From positions 310,001 through 374,000 of the forward strand of contig JAKMXF010000044.1 in the NCBI GenBank assembly GCA_024704765.1: 64,000 nucleotides of DNA, in the 5' to 3' direction. Shown in pieces: positions 1-12,330 of the stretch. Position 1 is the first letter of the stretch; every line of letters begins with the position of its first letter. This stretch comes from Oopsacas minuta (lineage: Eukaryota; Animalia; Porifera). The translations under genes and the position numbers were made by a program. The notes below the pieces were generated by a model. It saw only the letters and a program-made list of their open reading frames with translations, ran no database searches and was not told the origin of the DNA.

Positions 1-1235
1 GTGTTGTCCCAAACATATAGGTTCAAACGACAAGTTTCGAAATGGTTTGGTCATAGTTACATCGTTTGTCAATTAATGTTACGAATTAACTCCAAGAGTT
101 AAATTTGTAAATGCAAAGAATTTCAAATGATAATAAATGTTAGAAACGAATTAAATTGACATTTTGTGATTATCTAAAATTTATCCACACACGCACAGGC
201 TTTGTGGCCCACCGGTAGCGTAGCCAGCCTCGGCAGTCTACTGGCACAGGATGGTACATGAGTAGGGTATACTGGAACGCTGTTTCTAGCCAGATGACGC
301 GAGATTGGGCTATGTGGTTCAGGGACGTAGCCACGAATCTTCTCCGGGAGATGATTTGTATGTGCCGCTAACACATATATATCCCCAATCAAATTCTTCT
401 GATGCCCAAAACCACAGTATAATTACAAGGTGATGGATTAAGAGTCAATAAACATTTATCTGCAATTCACTGGCTTCTAAATTATATTTCGCATTACTCA
501 ACCTTACAACATATCCTCTAGTATATGTTATAAGACTAATAGCAAAGAAGGATAGATCTATTTCACAGCCTTGACTACTTCCTATATGCAATACAAAAGC
601 TTTTGGATATGGCAATATAATTCTTTGGAGGCATATCCACTTGATTCTGTGCATCTTTTATTGTATCTAGGAAAGGTTTTACTGAATGTAAGGTAGCTAT
701 GTAGTATATAATTTTGATAAATAGATTAACTTCCTCGCAGCATTTGTTGCAGGTATCTGACACTACAAAATCCACTTATAATAGCGACTACAAAGTGGAA
801 ATTCGTCCAATCATAATTGGAACTCCATCATATGATTGTAAGCAGCGGAGTACCGTGTGGGGGGCGGTAGAGAGGAACATTACCTCTTACAGGCAGAAAA
901 TTCATTCAATAGTATCTATATAAAGTTATTGTAATTTTGGTGTTATGTAGTAACTTCAATTCTGAATTGCTTTACATTATCTTGTTAAATTCTCTGTATA
1001 TAATTAACAGTTCTAAATACGTATAATAACATTGAAGCATGTAACAGAATGAGGTCATGACTGAAACAGTATAAATGAAAAATATGCCTATCATGACCAG
1101 ATAGTTGAATTCTTGCGAAACCATACTCAACCATATGTATTTTGACAAGTAACACACCAATACAACTAATCTACTCGTTATATTTGCACAACTTAAAGTT
1201 TTCATTTTGTATTCTTTGTTTTTGTCGAATTTTCA

Positions 1236-2363
1236 ATGCATTTTAAACTCCAAATTTCCATTGAAAATCGAGCCAACCTGATACTACTTCAGAAAGTGGC
1301 CATACTAAGAGGGAGGTAGCTAAAATGGTTGGATGTAGCCAAAAAAGTGTAACCAAGATCCTCAAGAAACACAGGCTGACTGGCACGGTAAGAAACCTCG
1401 CTATTCCGGGTAGGTCTCGTGTCACAACCAAAAGGCAAGACATTTTATTGGTCAGAAAATGCAAAAAGGATCGATTTAAGACTGCTACTCAGATCAGAGC
1501 TGAAGTGTTATCAGAATATTCGATAAAACCTTCCACTTCAACAGTTCAGAGAAGATTGCGAGGGTCCGGACTGTTCGGACGAAAGCCGCGAAGGAAGTCC
1601 CGCCTTACTACCAAGCACAAAAGAGACCGACTTTCCTTCGCAAGATCGCACAAGAATTGGAATACTGAAGATGGGCAAGAGTTGTGTTCACTGACGAATC
1701 TAGGTTCCTTCTGTATACTAATGACGGGGGAGCCTACGTCAGGAGGATGAAAGGGGAGGAGTTCTCAGAGAGGTTTCTTCAAAAAACTTGCAAGTTTGGT
1801 GGAGGTGGCATCATGGTTTGGGGATGCTTAAGCTGGAGTGGCGTAGGACTCTTGTGGAAAGTATCTGGGAACCTCAAGACAAATTCCTACATTGATATAT
1901 TGGAAAATGTACTAATCCCAAGCGTTGATTTGCATTCTCTACATTCTGGATGGACCTTCCAGCAAGACAACGCCCCATATCATAGGTCAAAGGGTACTAA
2001 GCAATGGTTTGGTGAGCAAAAGCTAGAGGTCATGAATTGGCCTGCTCAGTCACCTGATCTAAATCCGATTGAGAATCTTTAGGATCACATTTCCCTCAAA
2101 ATTCAAGATAAAGCCCATCCAACCTCTCAGAGTTGTGGAATGCCATATTAAGCACTTGGGATAGCATCGAAATTAACAGGCTCCATACTCTAATTGAGAG
2201 TATGCCACAAAGATGTAAAGCCGTAATTCAAGCAAGAGGAAGTTCTACTAAACACTAACAACATTTTACTTGATTATAACAAAGTATTGTTGTTATAATC
2301 AGTCATAGATATAAGAATTTGGGGGAAATTTACTCTGAGCAATTCTTTTTGACCGACACTCTA
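1236..2363 (+). mobile_element. Tc1-family (DD34E) transposon, decayed, left TIR missing; transposase remnant 1236-2258
   Basis: Transposase is reconstructed across frameshifts near 1290, 1680 and 2115 and a TAG at 2080. It has an HTH region, VFTDESRF, GGGGIMVWG and QQDNA..PDLNPIE with 34 residues between D and E. A right-end TIR-like sequence (..CTTTTTGACCGACACTCTA) is followed by TA, but no matching left TIR was found. Confidence 0.9.
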
Positions 2364-3261
2364 TATTTGCATCGAATCAAGTATAAATTTGGATATAAAG
2401 GATAAGAAATGTAAGGAACATTAACATCTGGTGGGGGGGAAATTTGTTACGGTACGCGACTGATTGTGATAGAATCAATTCATCTACTTCAAAACAAATT
2501 ATAGGATTATTTGTTCTGGACAATATTGGAAATATTGTATTAGATATAGCAATTTCTTCACTTTCAGCTGGCGCAACCTTAGGACGTTTAGCACCACAAA
2601 GCGTTCAAAGGCGAAGTGATATTATTCTATCCGTTCATTTTAACAGGAATCCTTGAGTTTTTACTTGTGTGTCATTCTTCAACTGTTTTCTCCGAAACTG
2701 TTGCCCATAAAAACAACAACGAAAGATGTTTACGCATTTATAAGAAACAGAACAAAGTACAGGTAGCAAATGTATGATATCAATGTTTATCCTCAGTGAA
2801 TAGTCTAGATTTCTTCCGGGGTTACAAATAGTCCCACTGCCACTAACTACGCCTCTGTTGTGGTGGGACATTACCTGGACGGAAAGTAAAAACAGGCGGA
2901 ATAAATGCGCCAATTGCTCCATACTGTGTACGCAAGTTTTCCCAACTGAAGTCTACCTTCTGATAATTATACAGGTCAACTATCAAGAATAAACGAAGAA
3001 AAATGATGTTCTTCTCTAACAGTTTTTGTATATTTCCTCAGACTTTTGTGCTACTGAACCAAAGTTTGCATCTGTCCATTCCGTATATTTCTTCTTACGT
3101 TGAATTTGTATCACTTCAAATAGATCTGGGAGAGTTGCCAGGCCCAAAATATTCCTGTATGCCAGGATCAACTTTGGAGGTCTTCGAGTTCCTTCAATCA
3201 ATTCTGGACATACATACATATACACATTTACAGATTTATTACGTTTTACAAATAACTTATA

Positions 3262-4605
3262 CAGGATGTCTCAAAAGTTTGTTCCTCCTCAGTACTTCGA
3301 TTGAAGTCGTTATAAATCGAACAGGATTGTTTACTAACCGACCATTTTTCAGATTATTATTATTAGTCTATAGTAGTCCAATACTATAATGAATACTTTA
3401 TTTCCTTATTTGATAATATGTTTATATTTTCATAATTTTTCTCAACCCTCACAAATTTCATACATGGATGTCATGAAACCGAGATTTGCTGTTCGTGAGC
3501 GAGCGATTAGCATGATTGAAGCGGGTTCAACACAGAAAACAGTCGCCAATACTCTTGGACCCACAATTCGGACAGTTCGGAACTGGTGTAAAAGGCATAG
3601 AGCTGGATGTTTGCTTGATGACAAGCACCGGTCTGGACTTCCGACGAAGCTTTCCCGGATTCTGAAAATTATAATTCGAAAATCAATCGAGAAACGCTAC
3701 AATTCAACCCGAAATCTTGCGAAATATATCTCGCCTAAGTCGGTGACCGTTAGTAAAGACACAATTCACCGTTATTTACGCGACACAATCGGAGCGAAAG
3801 CCTATAAAAGACCCTTATACCCAAAATTGACTGAAAACAAAAGGTAAAGAGACTAGAATTCTGTCAGGAACGCAAAACATGGACTGGTTGTGATTGTGGA
3901 GAGTTCTTTTTAGTGATGAAAGCCCTTTTGAGCTTTTCCATCCGACTAATAGGCAGAATGATCATGTTTGGGACATTAATCCGCACAACATTACCCCAGT
4001 TGAATCAGTCAAAAACCCCCCGTAAATGATGGTCTGGGGAATAATGAGCCGGTTAGGGCTATCAGAACTACACTTCATCCCCCCAAAACACTCAGTGAAT
4101 ACTGACTACTATATTAATGAAATCCTGGAGAAGTGTTGTCTCCCTACCTTTAAGCGTAGAAAGACTAGCGCCCCACTTACCCAAAGGAAAATCTGTCGAA
4201 AGATGTCCGAGACAATTTTCATGCAGGATGGCGCCCCTGCCCATACAGCCATAAGGACCCAGAAATGGCTTTCAGAGCATCTACCTGGATTTTGGGAGAA
4301 AGGTGTTTGGCCTAGTAACTCCCCAGATTTAAATCCCATCGAAAATCTTTGGTCTATTATGCAAGCAGAGCTAGACAAGAGAAAGCCCGCTACAAATTTA
4401 ACACAGCTCGGAAAATATTTGGAAAATATATGGAATGGGATTAGCCCGTCGATACTTGAGAATTTAGTTGATGGGATGCCAAGTCGAATTAATTCATGTA
4501 TAAAACTTAATGGTGAATATATAGACAAATAATTAGATGAATTTATCTAAGAAATTCTATATTATAGTGGTATTCATAAGAGGAAAAGACTTTTGAGACA
4601 CCCTG
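3262..4605 (+). mobile_element. Tc1-like DD37E (TRT/ITmD37E-type) transposon, full length, inactive; transposase remnant 3464-4532
   Basis: TIRs CAGG(A/G)TGTCTCAAAAGT.. at both ends with TA duplications at 3260-61 and 4606-07. Motifs FSDES, MMVWG and FMQDGAPAH..SPDLNPIE with 37-residue D-E spacing. Stops and frameshifts near 3845, 3898 and 4023. Confidence 0.93.
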
Positions 4606-4774
4606 TATATGGTTCAGCTATACTATAGTACAGTTTTTGTGTACTAGTATTTCTAAGTAGGAGGAAAGGTCATTTCTTTCGGATTAATGAAAGTCGCCTT
4701 TTGGAATGAGGATATGGGGTTTTGTATTACAAAAAACAGTACTCTACTATAGTTCTGATATATATACGGAATCT
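4606..4774. repeat. Palindromic MITE-like dispersed repeat, copy 1 (second copy at 33902-34089)
   Basis: Inverted arms (TATAGTACAGTTTTT..AAAAAACAGTAC..CTATAG). The internal sequence (GGAAAGGTCATTT..TTTGGAATGAGG.TATGGGGTTTT) is shared with 33902-34089. Confidence 0.8.
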
Positions 4775-5120
4775 CTGCGTATAAATAGCATAGATTGACA
4801 AATATTCATTCATTTTGACCTATCAAATACGAAATAGAATTCATATTACCCCTGGGTTCCGGGAGTTTTGGCGTTTATTATTCGTTGAGCGGCTTTATCT
4901 TTGATATATTGTTACTTCTTCACGGATCAGAATTATACCATAATCAATGTTACATTTCTGCTCGTATGGAAAAAGAAAACGCTTTCATTTTGAATAAGAA
5001 TTCAAATTCTACAAAACTAATTTACATATCAACTTTATAATAAATAGCGCGCTTCGCTAGCTTGGTCGCTGGGGGAGAGCTTAGAGCTCTTGGTTAGCTT
5101 GAGTATTAATTAAACAACGT

Positions 5121-5998
5121 TTTCAGATTTACAAAGACATGATAATGACTTCATGACTTTTGTCATAGTTGTGAATATTCGTCCAAGAATTAATTTGTCC
5201 GAGCCAAGTGGGGAATATGTTGATTATTGCAGCAAGAATCCATGACATTCTGGATAATATCATCTTACCTATTGCAGTGCTGGACAGATGATCCCCATTT
5301 GATCCTCCAAATCTTGCGTTGATCACACAATGGCATGAAGATGCTAAATGATTGGAACTCATCCAGCAACACTTGACAGTAAGTAAATAAGCTAATTAAC
5401 TGTTGTTTTACTCATATGAATTACATAATTTCTTGTACATACCAGCCATCACAGTTCAACAACTTCTGTCTGTGATCATTAGAAGATATATTCCTTAGAT
5501 TTCAGGATTATATCATGATATTAAATTCGAGGCTTAGTAAGATGCGATCATTGATAGAACGATATCGATTTGCTTTCGACAATCGGAGGATGAAAATTTT
5601 CGAACGTTAGAGGCATAGTGAATTCGAAATTTGGCTAATCTACATCCCAAAATGCATATCAAATATTTAATAATTTCACTGCAATTGGAAAGGTGGATCT
5701 CTTATGGCAGCATGGGCAGAAGGGGGCGAAGAAATTGAGCATATCTCTATATGAGTTGCATATAAATTTGAGAAATTAGATAGGAATAATCATTGTATCA
5801 TTAAATTGATGATCCAATAAACTCATCACCTTCAATGTGAGTGAAGCTTGCAGAAATCAACTATTTGCAATTTGAGAAAATCTATTAAGTATTGATTTGA
5901 TTATTCAATACTGCTACAATTCCTTATCATGAATAATTATCTTGATGGAGGATGCTCCCATCCCTACAGTCTACTACATGGACCTGAAAGTTTAAATT
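5121..5998 (+). pseudogene. Decayed, apparently spliced coding sequence of unassigned family
   Basis: AG acceptor at ~5126, GTAAGT donor at ~5380 and AG acceptor at ~5446. Long protein-like frames (IHDILDNIILPIAVLDR*SPFDPPNL; SLEDIFLRFQDYIMIL) are broken by scattered stops. Confidence 0.35.
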
Positions 5999-6718
5999 AA
6001 AAATGAAAGAATTGCTGAATTGAACTACTTAAACAAAAATATAGGCAATATATTGTTCAAATAAGTGAAGAGTGGAGAGTCGTGTTTCCCATAAAAAAAG
6101 AAGTGTTCGCAAGGCGCGCTTATTAAAAGTTTAAAGATATGATTCACTAGTCATAATAAATACAACAACAAACAATTCATAAATTAATTATTTAATAATG
6201 GATAAATGAGAGCACACTTACAATGGACATTTATAAGAATAGAAGCAAAAATTCTTTCGAAAAAATACTAGTTTATGATTTTATTAACATGATGAAGTTA
6301 AGTAAAAGCCTCCATAAAGTATTAAAAACAATATTATACTCACAAATCTGATGAATGCTTACAAATATTACATGGTCGTGCCGTAAACATTGTAAGTGTG
6401 GCGGATACCACACCTTATCGAGAAAATTGAGTATTGATGCCTTTGATGGAAGTAACTAGGAAAGCTTGCCAATAATGTTCAGAAGTATGAATCTCGAACA
6501 AAGAAACTCAAAGAATAGTGGGCCAGAGAGAGGGGACTCCCCCTGTAAACCCTCTTGACACCACTGGCCAGTGGCCACTATACAAAAGTGACTATTAAGT
6601 CGGCAAGGTAATAGTGGTGAATTCTTGAGATAACTAAGAGTTCCACAGAATACCCCTGAAGTATGAGAGATGGAGCAAATCAGTTTCACTAAGTAAATAA
6701 AGTCACCCAGAATTATTA

Positions 6719-8059
6719 CAGGGTGTAACAAAAGTCTTGGCCGGTTGCATTATGGTGGCTCACATAAAATATTTCAAGGTCACAATATCTACTTATTTAC
6801 CAATATAATCACTACCTCTTTCTAAAACTAATTTCATTCGATTGGGCATCCAATTCACCAGGTTTTGAAGTAGTTCGGTGAAATCGTCTTCCATGCCGTT
6901 TTTAGGTTTGCAATTAGGGCCTGAATCGTGATGACTTGGCCCATTTCATCCACCCGTTCATACATAGTACCCCAAAGATTTTCAATCGGATTCAAGTCGG
7001 GGAATTAGCTGGCCACTCCCCTTTCTTCCAAAACCGAGGGAACTTCTCTGAACACCAATGCTGCGTGACATTAGTTGTGTGTGCGGGGGCACCATCCTGC
7101 AGGAACAGAAATTTTGACATGTTTCCAACATGGACCTCTCAATAACGGACTCCTTTTTAGCTTTACGAGCCATAGCATCCAGATAGATTTCTTCAATATT
7201 TCGTTCCTATAGTAGCCTCCATTGACGGTCTGTTTTGGGGGTACAATGTGCAGTTCTGACAGCACTCTGTATGACACCATTCCCCAGACCATAATTTTCG
7301 CTGGGAATTTGACCTGAAAAATAGGCTCAATATTTTGTGAACCAATTGCCCATACTCGATCATTTTGTCTGTTTGGCGAATGAAATAACTCAACCGGTGA
7401 TTCATCAGACCAGAACACATTATTCCAATCCTCGAAAGACCAATTCTCATGATCCCGAGCGAATTTCAATCGATTTTCCTTGATTTTTTGTGTAATTTTT
7501 TCCCATTTGGGACGTTTACAGTGTCTGGCATCAAGCCTTTGTGCTAAGTGCCGCTGTATTGTCATGTGAGATATGGGGTTTCCTCTGATAGATAGTCTCC
7601 TCGACAATTTTCGGGTTGATTGCCTTCTTTTCCCCAAGGATTTCTTAATCACAATTCGGGATACCCGTTTCAAAATTTGAGGCCGTCCAGATCGAGGCTT
7701 AGTCTCCATAGTCTCACCGCATTTGTGTTGACTCCACCATCTCCGTACAGATATTGCTCCAACATTTAGACGTGTAGCTACCTCTTTTTGAGTAATGTCA
7801 CCTTCAAGCATCCAAATTGCTTTAGAACGGAGCTCGACTCCGTGATCACCGACATTCATTTTCCCGAAACAAACTGGTAAGGTAAATATGCTAAAAAAAT
7901 TCGAGAGCAGTGTTGAAGATATTCAATATGCCTATAGTATAAACGTAGTTACCATATAGAACTATCAGTGAACTAGCATTTCCGTTGCATGCTATAATTA
8001 CTAGTATATATTAAATCCATCTACGATTGAGAACCGGCCAAGACTTTTGTTACACCCTG
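6719..8059 (-). mobile_element. Tc1-like DD37E transposon (second subfamily), full length, frameshifted; transposase remnant 7859-6793
   Basis: Perfect 28-bp TIRs CAGGGTGTAACAAAAGTCTTGGCCGGTT with TA duplications at 6717-18 and 8060-61. Motifs FWSDES, IMVWG and LQDGAPAH..SPDLNPIE with 37-residue spacing. Frameshifts near 7170 and 6860. Confidence 0.94.
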
Positions 8060-8384
8060 TATATAAGATACACATATAGTACTTACCCATGACATAATAT
8101 GTGGAAACGGTTATGGACTAGTGAGAACGCGTCGACTAGAAAGCATTCTAAACGCATTCTTAATAGCTGAACTGGTTTCAACTGGAAACGGCTTCTGATT
8201 ACAAGAAATACATACATTTAGAAATTAGGGATGATAGAGATGGATTACAGCAAATATGGTAGGAAAGAAGATCAATGCACCCACAATTTTATGTAATCCA
8301 CACCATAATATTAATATTTCATTATAATTCAAGATATTGGCAAATCGAGCAAAGTATAAAATACAATGTAAATATCAAAATAAC

Positions 8385-8780
8385 CTGCTTTCGAGAAATC
8401 TTTTGTGGAGGGATTCAGCAGCCAAATGGGCCGAATCATGAGAACACATTTGTACATAACATTCTCCTGTAGGCTGTCCTTTCTGGTTATAAACAAAGTG
8501 TATTCCACGAGGCAGTATATCATCTGCGAGTCTATTGAAAAAGTCTAAGATATCATCCACTGTTGCTGAATAAGGAAGACCCCGGAGACGAACACAATCA
8601 TCTTGATTACAATATTCATCGCGAGGAGAACTTCTACAAAAAGCTTCTTCTCTTTCATAAAAGTTAATATTACATCTATTAGGAGAAAAACCAAGAATGT
8701 TAGAAAAAGATGAGGATAAGTCCTGTCGACAAGCTATTTGTAGTAATTCACCAATGTTTGACCGAAAGACTTCGATGTAC
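8385..8780 (-). CDS. ESRP: Single internal exon encoding the end of quasi-RRM2 plus quasi-RRM3 of an ESRP/Fusilli (hnRNP F/H-superfamily) protein; rest of gene not found
   Basis: Open 132-codon exon bounded by TAG|G and AG|GT. It reads (R)YIEVFRS..DCVRLRGLPYSATVDDILDFF..GIHFVYNQKGQPTGECYVQM..HKRFLESR, matching recalled ESRP RRM3 ([40 protein letters not shown]). Confidence 0.75.
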
Positions 8781-9915
8781 CTAGAGGATTAATAAGGGAA
8801 AAGTGATATAAATATGATTATTAAGATTTTTGCTCATAAAAATAGAATATCAAGATATCGAAATCATTAGCAATGAAATGCCAGATAATGTTGGAGACAA
8901 TAATTCACAGCGTTCATCAAACGAGACATTAGCTTTGCAAACTAAAATATTAAATATGTAGAAACATATCCCACTAATTTGAAACTGTATTTGCACTAAT
9001 GAATTTGTGAATCCTATTTATTTTCCAATGACTATTTTTACACTTCCTGGTATAACAGTTTATTCATATTTCTGGCTAACTCTCTATACATGCGAACTAA
9101 ACAAACTCTCAAGAATTTTAATGTTAGATTACCTTTTATTCCATATACTCATACTCTTAGTAGTGCACACAGGTTGAATAGTTCATATTGTTAAATGATA
9201 TGAATAAACCACATTCTCCAAAACAGACCAGACCTGAATAGAGCTAGCAACAGTCTACCGTGCAGCTAAAGTGATAAATGATCAACTATATGCATTTCAA
9301 CAATACTGAAATTCACAAAATAGGAGAGTCAGTATTTTGTGAGTGAAAGAGAGATATAAATATCCCACAATGTGAGAGATTAAATATGTTCATATATACT
9401 CCACGTAGATACAGATAATATAAATATTGTCATCACATAAACAAAAGAAATATGTAATTATAGGGTATCAATGTTCTTACTACGTATAGAGATGGAACTA
9501 GGAATTTCTTTCAGGACTGAACCTTTTAGGTAAGTATATTCTGGTGCCCTCCAAAATAGGCTTTTTGCAACAGTATGATTTTAACATCGTAACTGCAATT
9601 TTATGGATCTAAATTCACTTTACTCGAACTTACATAGACCTATATAACATCCAACTCCTTGTACATAAACTGCTTGAAATGAAGATCATGTGATTTTGAA
9701 AATCCAAAAAGGTGGCAATTGCATCATCATTTCGTCAGGTGTGAATTTTCGTCCAAGACTCAAACCTGTCCGAATGAGGGCCAAATAACTCCCTATATGG
9801 CAATAATCAGCCCCGGGGTGTGCACTAAATTTTTATTATTATTTTTTCTCATTATTATTTATATGTACAATAATTCAGATTATAGAGAGAAAGTGAATTT
9901 TAGTTTTCCCATATA

Positions 9916-10076
9916 CAGTGTATGCTTAATACGAACACCAATGGACCGTACGATGGAAATTTGTTCGCCTTTCCGGAGTTCATAAGCTGGAGTAATATCC
10001 ATTGAAGTACTGTTGTAGGGACGTGATTATGTAACGAACATTGTTCGTTTTATCAGTATTCGTATTAACGAGATAG
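9916..10076. repeat. Fragment of a pogo/Tigger-type MITE
   Basis: TA-CAGTG..CTTAATACGAAC left end and an inverted ATTCGTATTAA remnant; the right end is degenerate. Confidence 0.4.
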
Positions 10077-10238
10077 TTTAAATTTATTAGTAAAATTACG
10101 CTAAGCAAAAAATGATAGTAAAATGCCGCCCCCCACCCTATTTCGCAGAAAAACATGGATGAAAAACAAGTAATTTATTTTACATGGCCTAAATATTGGT
10201 TTTCATGCGGCATGAAACCTGTTAGCCCATTATATATA

Positions 10239-11599
10239 CAGGGTGGGCCACGGGAGTCCGATCAAAAGTAAATTGCTCTCATTTGAAAACGAAACAATGA
10301 AACTTAATTCTGTAAAAAGACTTTTTAAATATAGATAAATGGTTCTGTGAATTCATCATCCTTTCTTCTTCAGCCATTAATCAGGTGCTCGATCCATGCC
10401 CCTTTCCTACCCAGCACTCTTTGTAGTCTGACAAGCATGTTATCGTACACTTTAGCCAGAGTTTCTCCATCAATCTTCCTGATTTCTCTTCTGATGTTCA
10501 TCTTGAGGTCTTCTAGTGTCTTAGGAACAGGATCCCTGTACACAACTGACTTCAGGTAGCCCCACAGGTAAAATCGCAAGGATTAAGGTCCGGGGAACAT
10601 GGGGGCCAGAAGTTGTCAAATCCACGACCAATCACCCTGTCACCGAACTTCTCTTGTAGCCAGCCCCTAACTAAATTGGCATAGTGTGGGGGTGCTCCAT
10701 CCTGATGGAAAGTAATAGTATTCAGTTCACCATGTCTCCTGATGTTGGGAAGGTAGAATCCTTTCGGCATTGCCAGGTATCTCCACCGGTTCACCGTACA
10801 GGTCTTACCATCCTCATCTTCAAAAGAGTACGGGCCTATGATCCGGTCATGGGCAACTGCACACCAGACAACCAACTTTTCAGTGCTCAAGGGTCTCTGG
10901 ACAATAGGTTCTGGCTTCTCCAATGCCCAGAACCTCATGTTCTGCTTGTTAACATGTCATGAAAGATGAAAGTTTGACTCGTCAGACCAATGAACTTCAG
11001 TGATCTTCAAAAGTTCTTCCACAATCTTCTTGGAAATGTACGTGGCAAATTGGACTCTCTTCTTCTGATTTGATTCACTTTGCTTTTGCTGCATCTGTAC
11101 TTTGTAAGGAAAGGCTCCAATGTCATCATTAAGGATCCTCCTCACTGAGCTTCTACTGATTGCAGCCTCTGCAGATAGCCTTCTTGTTGCGCGATGGGGT
11201 GAATCTGCCAGTTTCTTCTTGATTTTTTGAATGTTTTCAGGGGTTCTAACAGTCTTCTTGGGTCCCTTTCGTTTTCTATTGCCTACCGTACCACCCTCCT
11301 CCATCCTCTTGACAATATTCATGATTGTGTTCCTTGCAGGAGCCTTCAATGTCTTCTAATCCACCTTGAAAGCTCGTTGGGCCGAAACAACACTTCTCCC
11401 GTTTTCAATATACCAGTAGAGTAACTTCACTTTGACATCCTGCTGGAGCGACATTACATAAACCTAGGGGTAGTTTGGTTAGTATTTTTTAAAAACTATT
11501 TATCTCAGCTTTAAAATGAATGGTGAACCACTGAAGTCTGACAAAAATTGCACGTGCTAGAGCAATTTACTTTTGATCAGTCTTCTGTGGCCCACCCTG
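10239..11599 (-). mobile_element. DD41D (rosa/Visitor-type) mariner-like transposon, full length, inactive; transposase remnant 11454-10370
   Basis: ~41-bp TIRs CAGGGTGGGCCAC..GATCAAAAGTAAATTGCTCT with TA duplications at 10237-38 and 11600-01. Motifs WSDESNFHL, VWCAV and FHQDGAPPH..SPDLNPCD with 41-residue D-D spacing. Stops and frameshift near 11357, 10957 and 10570. Confidence 0.93.
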
Positions 11600-12048
11600 T
11601 ATTTATCACATGTTGTGAGAAGCATATTTACACATTATAAATCGTGGATATTTATTCTTCCCAATTCTCACTACTTTTAGAAGCCGAGAAAATGGAGTCA
11701 CATGTCATTTTGTCTCATGCGTTCCAACCATCCGTACCCTTCCTCATACTCAGTAGAAAATGTCTTATGAAGTCTCAATTTCCATTTAAAATTATTGTTG
11801 CCAAAACTTTTCACCGAGGTTATGGGTTCATTCGAACTATCTTAAAATACACAATCTAAATGCAGTTCCTATTTTTTGTATGCCTTAGTTTACCCTCCTA
11901 AAACTTCAAAAATATATCTGAATACATCGGTGGATATCGACGAATGTTGTGTTCTTGGTCCACACGTTTAAAGCTGATTCATAAATCGCAATCCAAATTT
12001 TGAGTCTTTACATATATCTCACATTTGGTTACTCTTCCTACAGTCTTA

Positions 12049-12330
12049 CCTTCCTTCTTGAGACTTTTCAATTCTCTTTGCACAAAGAATATTTGCATGG
12101 CTGCAATACTAAATTCAATATTCTTTGATCTCTGCAAATGTTTCAATTCGAAGTCATTCCTATAGAAAATGGATTAAGGTTGACCAATATTTGCTAATGT
12201 TGAATCAGTATATGTATTATAACACTGAGTATTCATTACTTACAGTCCACACGAATGTTTCTCAATCTTCTTTCTCTCGCGGACCAACCTTGTCTCATAT
12301 ATAAAGGTCCCGTGGAGCCTCAGCCACTAA
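12049..12330 (-). other. Two putative spliced exons of an unassigned (possibly decayed) gene
   Basis: Strong GTAAGT and GTAAG donors and TAG acceptors. The spliced frame reads WLRLHGTFIYETRLVRERKKIEKHSCGL|NDFELKHLQRSKNIEFSIAAMQIFF; no family recognised. Confidence 0.3.

Noticed and set aside
174-950. Short ORFs and GC-elevated patch at the window start
   Set aside because: No consistent frame or recognisable motif on either strand.
2400-3240. Protein-like minus-strand fragments (FSWENLRTQYGAIGAFIPPVF; TLCGAKRP)
   Set aside because: Probably decayed coding or TE sequence, but multiple stops and no assignable family.
8341-8384. A -1 frameshift after the ESRP-like exon would give RYFDIY, resembling RYIEVF
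   Set aside because: A GT donor at the same conserved R|Y position as the upstream intron is the simpler explanation.
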